From: an uncultured virus (IMG/VR IMGVR_UViG_3300022858_000986)
Taxonomy: Duplodnaviria; Heunggongvirae; Uroviricota; Caudoviricetes
DNA: 20,000 bases
IMG/VR virus record: IMGVR_UViG_3300022858_000986
Direction: 5' to 3' (one strand)
Below the pieces are notes generated by a model. It ran no database searches. It had not been told where the DNA came from and worked only from the letters and a program-made list of their open reading frames with translations. The position numbers and the translations under genes were made by a program. Below, in pieces: positions 8,905 to 18,247 of this stretch (positions are counted from its first letter, which is position 1; each line of letters opens with the position of its first letter).

Positions 8905-11043
8905 ATGATTATAGGAATAGGATTAAGACCATATGAGAAACATTTGGCACCATTTTTAGACCCGATTATCAAAGAACTTACTGGAAGGGGTCATAGGGTA
9001 ATAGATAATACTTTCTTAAACAAACAATGTGATTTAACATTAGTGGTTGATGTTCCAGTTGAAAATTGTACATCACCAAGAATGCTTGTGCCACATAGTA
9101 TTTTACCAATTAAAGGTGTTCACTTTATGCCTGACGAAACTCATATCTTTTGGAAAAGAATGAGACGTTTGGAATATTTTCTTCCACCATCAATTGAAGA
9201 AGGCGAATTGACAAAAAAAATAATGGGTGGTTCGGCTCCAATTATGCCTGCAATTGCTTACCCAAAAATTGACACTTATGTATCACGCAAAACTGGAAAT
9301 AAAATAGGATATATGCCAACATTTAATGAAGAATTAAGTGCTGACAATATTGTCTTAGAATGTGTAGAAGATTTTCGAAAGCTTGGCTACGGATTGCATG
9401 TAAAACAACATGGTGTAAAAACAAGAGCCAATGATTCAAACACTCCGCTACTAAACGAATCAGATATTGTTATTACTGACTTTTCGAGTTCAGGAATTGA
9501 AGCAATATTACTTGGAATTCCAACAATATTTGTAAGACAAGAGAAAAATAAAAATTATGAACATTGGGACCAAACAAATCATCCTGACTTAATTGGCAGG
9601 GGCATTGAGCAATATGGATATATTGTACATAATAAAGAAGAACTAATTGATGCCATTAAAGTAATTAAAGAAAGAAATATTGGTATTGGTGAGCCAATGA
9701 TTAAAGATATTGGGAAACATTCTGCAATTGCTGTTAATGCTATTGAAAGTATTGTTGAAATAGAACAAATGAAACAAACCGAGAAAGTATCTTTTATAAT
9801 GCCTTCGAGAAATAATTTAGACTATGTGAAGCAGGCATACAATAGTATTCGTGAAATTGAAATTAAACATCCTATTATTTTATTAGATGATGCGTCAGTA
9901 GATGGTACTTGGGAATGGATGCAAAAGATAAGCGAGACTGACAAAGATGTTAAAATATACAGAAATGAAGGTCCGGAGCGTGTTGGACATACTATACTTT
10001 ATGACGTTGGTGTAAAATTAAGTGACACAGATATATTCACCATTTTCCATGCAGACATGGTTGCATCTAAAAATTATATTAAAAACACCATTAAACATTT
10101 GCACAAAGGTAGAGTTGTTGCTGGCACAAGAGTTGAGCCACCATTACACCCACCAGGACCTGAAAAGATTATCTCTAATCTTGGCATGTCATTGGAAGAA
10201 TTTAATGAAAAGAAATTTAATAAAATTGTAAATATTTATGAACAGCAATTCAATAATCAAATTACTTTTGGGTTGTTTGCCCCATGAATGATGTATAAAG
10301 AAGATTTCCTTGCAATTGGTGGGCATGACCCATTATTTGCCCCAATGGAATTAGAAGATTCAGATATTTTTAATCGCTTTGTACTTGCTAAATACGGATT
10401 AATCCAAAGTAGAGACGCCTTTGTTTATCATATGACATGTAGAGGTAGCAGGTTCAAAGATGGTATTGAGATTGAAAAAGAAATTCCTCTTCCTGATGGA
10501 ACGATTTGGTACAAGCCTAAAGATTCAGAAGAGTATAAACAATTAAGAGAGCAGAAATTTAGAGAATGGCATAGAAAATGGCATTCGGACGTTTTACATG
10601 ATAGCTCATTATACCCAGTTATTAAGCCAAAATATAATATTGCATTTATAATTAAAGATTGTACAAAAGGATTATTGGCAAATTTAGAGCCATGGGCAGA
10701 CTATGTACTTGTAGATTTCGACCCATTTAATTATATTGTTGAGGAAAATGCAAAAAGCTGTTATGATATTGGTAAGAAAATTGGACATACTAAAGCAGTA
10801 AGGCAAGAGGTTATTGAGGCTCATAATATTATTATAGAGTTTAATGGCTTGGAATTAAAAACAATAGAGCAATTTAATCAAATAACAAAAGATTTATCTG
10901 ATATAATTACTTCGGTTAATGATGGCGAAGATATTGGTAACGGTGTAGAGTTTGAATGGGATATTTTTCATATGTTAGTGAAATCATTTAAAACATATGA
11001 AATGGATAATATTACAAACGATATAGATGATATAAAGAGGTAA
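8905..11043 (+). CDS. Fusion of a TagF-like (CDP-glycerol glycerophosphotransferase family, GT-B-like) domain and a GT2 glycosyltransferase, 712 aa; code 4
   Basis: N-terminal AYPKID, IGYMPTF, LHVKQH, SDIVITDFSS..IEAILLGIPTIF. C-terminal VSFIMPSRN, IILLDDASVDGT, FHADM, FAP(W)MMYKEDFLAIGGHD...EDSDIFNR, VYH. TGA 10285 joins the two track ORFs in frame. Confidence 0.82.
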
Positions 11044-11045
11044 AA

Positions 11046-12002
11046 ATGAGCGGAAGAAAAATAGCATATGTTACTGGGTGCCTTGGATTTATAGGGCAAT
11101 ATGTAACCAGATTACTATTAAAGAAAGGTTGATATGTTAGAGGTGTTGACAAAATTACTTACGCCGCAAATATTGACTTATTAAAAGAGTTTAATGAATA
11201 TGATAATTTTACATTTGAACGAAGTGATATATGCGATTTAGAACGATTGTATGATTGTGATTATATTATTAATATGGCGGCCGAAACACATGTTGACAAT
11301 TCAATAGTTCGTAGTGAGGAATTTGTACATTCGAATATAAATGGCGTTCATAATTTATTGGAATTAATAAGAAAAAGAAAACATTTCAAAATGCCAACTT
11401 TAATACATTTTTCATCAGATGAGGTATACGGAGATATTGTTGGTGGCGCTCATACCGAAAGGGATTTGCTAAAGCCAAGCAATCCTTATTCAGCTACAAA
11501 AGCATCTGCCGATATGCTGATAAAGGCGTGAGGTAGAACCTACGACGTGCCAAGTATAATTGTGAGACCAACAAACAATTATGGCATCGGGCAATATGTT
11601 GAAAAATTAATTCCCAAAGTATGTAAATATTTATCTATTGGTAGAAAAATACCAATGCATGAAAACGGTGAGCCTATTAGGAATTGATTACACGCAAAAG
11701 ATACAGCGAGAGCAATTGAAATTATTCTTGAGAAGGGTGCGGTCGGTAACATTTATAATATATCTGGAGATTTCGAGCAAGCAAACATTTTAACATTTGA
11801 GAAAATTTTAGATATATATTTTAAAGGACAAATTAGTGATGCCAATAATTTTGCAGATTTTACTTGCGAAAGAAAGGGGCAGGATGTTCGCTACTCAATT
11901 GATGATTCAAAGATTAGAGATTTAGGCTGGGCTCCAGTATGTAATTTTGACCATGAGCTGATTAAGATAGTTGAATATTATAAAAATAAATTTGTATGGT
12001 AA
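11046..12002 (+). CDS. rfbB: dTDP-glucose 4,6-dehydratase-like (RmlB/RfbB), 318 aa; code 4
   Basis: VTGCLGFIG, DKITYAAN, AAETHVDNSI, SSDEVYGD, PSNPYSATKASAD, A(W)GRTY, NNYG, EKLIPK, IRN(W)LH, RKGQDVRYSID. TGA at 11130, 11529 and 11685. Confidence 0.9.
11815..11862 (+). repeat. 48-bp perfect direct repeat, copy 1 (inside rfbB)
   Basis: TATATTTTAAAGGACAAATTAGTGATGCCAATAATTTTGCAGATTTTA is identical at 12715-12762, an offset of exactly 900 bp. Confidence 0.95.
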
Positions 12003-12003
12003 T

Positions 12004-12663
12004 ATGATGCTGAACTTAAATAATGTTACTTTGATTGCCTTAGATTGCGTCAACCCATATTATGCTGTAAATGCATTAAAATATAGTTCGAAAGATATTA
12101 AGTTTAATAAAATGTTATTACTATCCGATACAATGCCATCAAATATTACAAAAGATATAGAATGAATTAAGATTCCAAAAATTAATAGTATTATTGAGAG
12201 TTGCATATTCTCATTTTACTATATGAACGGATTTATACAGACAGACTTTGTTATGGGAATTCAATCAGATGGGTTTATTATTAATCCACATTTGTGAGAG
12301 GATGAATTTTTTAAATATGACTTTATTGGTGCTCCATGACCAGAATTAGAAATGGAAAATAGAATTGGAAATGGTGGGTTTACTATGCGAAGCAAGAAAT
12401 TTATAGAGTTATCACAGCAAATTGATTGAGATTGGGAAACACCAGATGATGTTTTTCTTAATAAGATAAATTATGATTTTTTTATCAAAAATGGTATGAA
12501 ATATCCGAGTCCAAAAGTTGCCGCAAGATTTTCAATGGAAAATCCGTTATGAGATATAAAATATGATTTAACTAAATGTTTTGGATTCCACAAAAGTTGA
12601 AGGGAAGAGTCGCAAGCTTACGTTAATATGATTAGGCAGGATTTCCCAATATGAGAAAAATAA
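12004..12663 (+). CDS. DUF5672-family protein (putative glycosyltransferase-like), 219 aa; code 4
   Basis: IQSDGFIINPHL(W)EDEFFKYDFIGAP(W)...IGNGGFTMRSKK...AARFSME...FGFH. TGA at 12163, 12295, 12337, 12427, 12550, 12598 and 12652. Confidence 0.85.
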
Positions 12664-12902
12664 AAATAGATTTATATGGCAAAAAATTACTTGGAGCTAT
12701 AATGACTATATATGTATATTTTAAAGGACAAATTAGTGATGCCAATAATTTTGCAGATTTTAGTATAACAAGAAAAGGTCAAGATGTTCGATATTCAACC
12801 AATGACTCAAAAATTAAAGCACTTGGGTGAAAACCCATATGTAATTTTGATACGGAGCTTATTGATATTGTAGAACATTATAGAAATAAATTTATCTGAT
12901 AA
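12651..12902 (+). pseudogene. Orphan diverged copy of the rfbB 3' end (62 codons) fused in frame to a short unrelated 5' segment; 83-aa ORF in code 4
   Basis: 12714-12902 is colinear with 11814-12002 without gaps. 47/62 aa are identical by hand count and many changes are synonymous. Confidence 0.8.
12715..12762 (+). repeat. 48-bp perfect direct repeat, copy 2
   Basis: Identical to 11815-11862. Confidence 0.95.
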
Positions 12903-12939
12903 ATAGAGATACTATGAATAACATAATAGGAGGTTATAA

Positions 12940-14445
12940 ATGAATAAATTTTTTAACAATTTAATTACACTTGAAATGGCAAATAATCATATGGGCGACG
13001 TTAATCATGCTTTACAAATGGTTGGCGAATTTAATTTAATCGCAAAAATGTTTGATGAATTTCAATTTGCTTGGAAGTTTCAATTTAGAGATATTGATAC
13101 ATTCATACATAAAGATTACAAAAATAGAATGGATGTAAAATATGTCAAAAGATTTAGTGAAACAAAATTAACAAATGGCGAAATTTTAAAAATAAAAAAG
13201 TTTGCAGAAGATAAGGGTTTCATAACAATGGCGACAGCGTTTGATGAGCCTTCTGTAGATTTAATTGAAGAAATGAATTTTGATATTATAAAGATTGCAA
13301 GCTGTTCATCCACAGATTGACCGTTATTAAATAAGATTGTAGAAACAAACAAACCAATAATTATCTCAACCGCTGGCGTCAAACTAAAAGACGTTGATAA
13401 TATTGTGAGTTTCTTACAACATAGGGAAAAAGACTTTGCCTTAATGCATTGTGTCGGCGAGTATCCTACTGGAGAGGAAAATCTACAACTTAATCAAATT
13501 GATTTGTTTAAGAATAGATATAAAAATATTACAGTTGGGTTTTCAACACATGAGAACCCAAATAATTATGATACTGGAGCGATTGCTGTTGCTAAGGGCG
13601 CAACAATATTAGAAAAACATGTTGCTGTAGAGACGAACAAATACAAACCTAACGCCTACTCGGTTCAACCATGACATTTATATAATTGGTTATATGAGAT
13701 ACGCAAAGCGTTGTCGATGTGTGGCGTTAAAAATGAGCGACATGAATTTTCTGAGAAGGAGACGACTGATTTAAGAACGTTCAAAAGGGGCGTGTTTGCT
13801 AAAAATGATATTCAGATTGATGATATAGTTAGCAGAGAAGAAGTATATTATGCTTGGCCAAATTGCGAAAAACAAATTCTAGCGAATGATATGTCAAAAT
13901 ATAACAAGTACACTGCAACACAAAATATAAAGGCTGGAGAGCCCGTTTTGACAAACTCAGTAACATTTAAAGATACAAGAGACAAGATTTGAGATATAGT
14001 ACAAGACGTTAAATCATTTTTGAAAGAATCAAACGTTGCATTTCCACAGAAAGCAGATTTAGAAATCTCACATCATTATGGCATTGATGGCTTTTACAAA
14101 ACGGGATTGACAATGATAACAGTTATTAACAAAGAGTATTGTAAAAAATTAATTATAATGTTGCCTAAACAATGACATCCTGAGCAATATCATAAGATAA
14201 AAGACGAAACGTTTATTATCTTATACGGAAGTGTAAGTTTATATTTGAATGGCGAACGTAAAAAATTAAATAAAGGCGACGTTGTAACAATAGAGCCAGG
14301 CGTCAAACACTTCTTTCGTACTGTAAGTGGATGTGTAATTGAAGAAATCTCTTCTACACATTTCGCTGATGATTCTTATTATACCGACGCAACCATTAAT
14401 AACAAAAAAGATAGAAAAACAGAAATAACACATTGGTTGGATTAA
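12940..14445 (+). CDS. neuB: NeuB-family (N-acetylneuraminate/nonulosonate synthase-like) protein with SAF domain and C-terminal cupin, 501 aa; code 4
   Basis: EMANNHMGD, KFQFRD, TAFDEPSV, KIASCSSTD(W)PLL, KPIIIST, MHCVGEYPT, VGFSTHE, LEKHV; SAF-like KRGVFAKNDI; cupin Q(W)HPEQYHKIKDETF...GVKHFF...IEEISSTH. TGA at 13318, 13672, 13990 and 14173. AGGAGG RBS. Confidence 0.85.
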
Positions 14446-14446
14446 T

Positions 14447-16288
14447 ATGAAATTATCAGATTATGTAATAAAGTTTATCGAAGAGGCGGGAGTAAAAGAT
14501 ATATTTATGTTGCCTGGTGGTGGCTGTATACATTTGGTCGATTCTGTAAGGAAAAGCAATTTGAATTATATATGTAATTTACATGAACAAGGAAGCAGTA
14601 TTGCCGCAGAGGCATATTCGCAATATACAAATAATTTAGGAGCGTGTTTGGTAACGACTGGGCCCGGAGGAACAAATACCGTTACAGGTGTGGCTGGTGC
14701 TTGACTTGATTCAATACCTATGATATTTATATCGGGGCAAGTTCCGATAAAAGATAGAACTTTCGGATTAGCAAGACAAGGGGGATTTCAAGAAGTTGAT
14801 ATAGCCGCCATTGTTAAGCCAATTACAAAATATGTAGTGAGAGTCAGTAACCCACTTATGATAAAGGTACATCTAGAAAAAGCATTATATGAAGCGACCA
14901 ACGGCAGGCCAGGCCCTGTATGAATAGACATTCCGTTAGACGTACAATCTGCACAAATTATTCCAGAAGTTTTAAATGGATGAGTTGAGCCAGAAAAGGT
15001 CGGCATGAATACGAAACAATCAGTAACAGACATTATAAATGATTTAAATTTTGCAAAGCGACCTGTTATTTTGGCAGGTAATGGTATTAGATTATCAAAA
15101 TCAGTTAAAGATTTCTTACAGTTAGCAGATATATTAAAAATACCTGTATTAACGACTTGAAAGGCAATTGACTTCTTTGACGAGAGCCACCCTTTATATA
15201 TTGGTAGGCCGGGTCTTGTTGGGCAAAGAGGCGCAAACTTTTCACAACAAAATTCTGATTTCGTACTTAGTATAGGTGCAAGATTAGACTTAGGCCAGAC
15301 AGCGTATAAGCCAGGATATTTTGCTCCGAATGCCAAAAAAGCAATAGTTGATGTTGACCCAAATGAAATTGCCAAAATACAAAAAAATACTTACTTGCAA
15401 ACTGGCGACGAAGAAAAAAAAAGGTCAGGAGATGAAAATAGAATGAAAGTAGATTACTCAGTCGAAGCTGATGCCGGTGAATTTATTAGAGAATTTATTG
15501 AGCAAAGCGGAATGCTTACTGCTGATTATAGTAATTGAGTTAAAGAGTGTAAAAGATTACACGAAAAATACCCAATATGTTTGCCTGAATATTGAAAAGA
15601 AAAGGACGGCGTTAATAATTATGTTTTGGTTGAAGCTTTGTCCAGAATTGTCTCAAATGATGTCGTGATTATTCCAAGCAGTTCCGGCTGTTCAAGTGAG
15701 GTAACAATGCAATCATTTAAGGTCAAAAAAGGGCAAAGAATATTTAACACGCCAGGTTTGGGAGCTATGGGGTACGGTATTCCTGCCGCAATTGGAGCTT
15801 GTGTGGCAAGTGATGGAAAAGAAACAATTTGTCTTGATGGTGATGGTGGTTTTATTATGAATATTCAGGAGCTTGAAACTGTTAAAAGATTGGGCTTACC
15901 AATTAAATTTTTTATATTAAATAATGAAGGGTATGTTTCAATACGCAATACGCAAAATAGTCACTTCGACGGTAAGCTTATTGGTAGTGACAAAGATAGT
16001 GGATTGACTCTTCCCGACTGAAAGAAGATTGCAAACGCATTTGGAATTCAATATACGTCAATAGACAGTCATAAAAAAATAGACAAACAACTCGAAATTA
16101 TTTTGGACATTCTGGGCCCTGTAATATGCGAAGTCAAAATGTCATTTGAACACACTACGGCACCGAAAGCGTCCATTTATAAAAAAGATGATGGGACTTT
16201 TTCTACAAAACCAATGGAAGATTTGGACCCGCCGTTAGACAGAGAAGAGTTTGAGGAAAATACAAAATGATGCAATCATTATTGATAA
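14447..16288 (+). CDS. Thiamine-pyrophosphate-dependent enzyme, acetolactate-synthase-like (YerE-type sugar-branching candidate), 613 aa; code 4
   Basis: HEQ, VTTGPGGTN, GA(W)LDSIP, GRPGPV(W)IDIPLDVQ, IPVLTT(W), GQRGANF, TPP motif GDGGFIMN...ILNNEGY. Nine in-frame TGA: 14702, 14921, 14981, 15158, 15536, 15593, 16019, 16268, 16283. Confidence 0.88.
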
Positions 16289-17112
16289 CAGGTGGTGATG
16301 GATTCATAGCAAGACATTGCAAAGAATATTTTAAAGACAGATATAGAGTGTTTGCCCCGAACAAATATGAGCTTAATTTAATGAATTTCGAAGAACTTAA
16401 AGAATGATTTTCTTGAAACCATATTGATTACGTTATACACACGGCAGTTTATGACGCACAAACAACATTTGGCAATAAAGATAAAAATAAAGTATTCTTA
16501 AATAACATGCAGATGTTTATGAATTTGGCCAGATTACAGAATTCATTTGATAGAATGATTTATTTTGGTTCTGGTGCCGAAACGCATATGGGGCAAGTTA
16601 GCAATTCACAGTATTCACTTGCGAAACAAACAATGACAAAATATATCGAAATATCAGAGAATAATATTTTCAATCTAAGATTGTTTGGGGTGATGGGAGA
16701 GTTTGCCGATTGAAGATATAGAATCCCAGAAAACTTAATTTGCAAAGCAATATATGATATGCCTTTGTATGTACCAAAAAATAAGATGTTTTCTTATATA
16801 GACGTTATCGACTTAATGAAAATTATAAATTTAATTTTAGAAAAGAAAGAGCTTGAATATAAAACGTATAATTGTGTTAATTCAAATTTAATAAATTATC
16901 AAGTATTTATAGATAAATTATTGAAACTTTCTCATAAAAAATTAAAGATAGACATAAAAAGTGATTATATACTTTATGAAGGCAATAATACAAATTTAAT
17001 TAATGAATTTCCAGAGCTTGGATTTACAGAACTTGATGATACTATTGGAAGATTATTAAATTATTATTTGGCAAACAAAGACAAAATAGATATAAATAAA
17101 TTTGAATATTAA
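16267..17112 (+). CDS. NAD(P)-dependent epimerase/reductase (extended SDR), 281 aa; code 4
   Basis: LLITGGDGFIA, DYVIHTA, YFGSGAE, YSLAK, LRLFGVMG, FSYIDVIDL. TGA at 16405, 16414 and 16711. Confidence 0.85.
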
Positions 17113-17122
17113 GGAGATTAAA

Positions 17123-18238
17123 ATGATAATAGACAATGAGTTTAAGAAGACTGAAACATATAAACGTGATTATTTAAAAAGAGAAAAGCCCTATGTGTAT
17201 GAAAAAATGTTAAAGTTTGGCGACAAACTTAAGAATGGTGAGAGCATAGCAATTATACAATTCCAATATAATTTTAAATGTAACTTTAAGTGCGTACATT
17301 GCTCAATAAAAGGATTTCAAGGAAATTTTGAAGAGAAAAAATCTTATACGATTAATGATGTAAAGAGGTTATCAAAAGAAGCTGATGAATTAGGACTTGC
17401 AAGATTTGTAATAACTGGCGGAGAGCCATTAATTTTTTCAGACCTTGACGATTTAATTGCGGCAATTGACCCGCAAAAGTTTTACATTAATCTTGACACA
17501 AATGGTTGGCTTTTAGATGATGCAAAGGCAAAGCACTTAAAAGAAATAGGAGTCGACAGAATTCAATTAAGTATAGATAGCCTTGACGCAAAAGAACACG
17601 ATGATTTCAGAAGAGCGCCAGGCTCATATGTACGCTGTCTAAGAGCAATTGACGCCGCAAAAAACGCCGGATTGGACATTTTTATACAAACGGTAGTTAC
17701 GCACTCAAGACTTCATTCGCAAGAGTTTATTGATTTTATCAAATACTTTAATGAAAAAGATGTTACGGTATTTGTTAGTTATGCAAAACCAGTTGGGGCT
17801 TGGGAAGGACATTATGATGAATTGGTTTCAATGGATGATATAAATTATTTTAAAGAAATGGAAAAAGAACATAACATTTGCACTCACTTAACTTCCGCTT
17901 ACGGTAGAGACTTGGGCTGTATTGCAGTTAAAGGTATGATTTCTGTAACACAATATGGCGATGTGATGCCTTGCCCATATATTCATACATCTATAGGTAA
18001 TGTTTTTCACGAGCCACTAAAAGATATTATACAACGTGGATTTGATATTAAATTTTTTGGAGAGTGGGCCGACACATGTTGGATAGCTGAAAATATGTCG
18101 TTTATAAAAAATTATGTTGCTAAAAATATATATGGTAAAGAATTACCAGTTTCAAGTGACCAAGTTTTCGGTGATAAGGATAAGACAAAAATTCCCTTTA
18201 ATGAAACAATGATAAAAGAAAATAAGTTTTCTGATTAG
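17123..18238 (+). CDS. Radical SAM protein with SPASM/twitch-type C-terminal domain, 371 aa
   Basis: CNFKCVHC (CxxxCxxC), TGGEPL, TNG, QLSIDS...HDDFR, GCIA...GDVMPCPY..SIGN. AAGGAG RBS supports ATG 17123 over the track's 17102. Confidence 0.9.
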   Translation: MIIDNEFKKTETYKRDYLKREKPYVYEKMLKFGDKLKNGESIAIIQFQYNFKCNFKCVHCSIKGFQGNFEEKKSYTINDVKRLSKEADELGLARFVITGGEPLIFSDLDDLIAAIDPQKFYINLDTNGWLLDDAKAKHLKEIGVDRIQLSIDSLDAKEHDDFRRAPGSYVRCLRAIDAAKNAGLDIFIQTVVTHSRLHSQEFIDFIKYFNEKDVTVFVSYAKPVGAWEGHYDELVSMDDINYFKEMEKEHNICTHLTSAYGRDLGCIAVKGMISVTQYGDVMPCPYIHTSIGNVFHEPLKDIIQRGFDIKFFGEWADTCWIAENMSFIKNYVAKNIYGKELPVSSDQVFGDKDKTKIPFNETMIKENKFSD

Positions 18239-18247
18239 GAAGATAAA

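Noticed and set aside
11814..12902. Diversity-generating retroelement template/variable repeat pair
   Set aside because: Differences are not adenine-specific (C/G, G/T and C/T changes, mostly third codon positions), and no reverse transcriptase is in the window.
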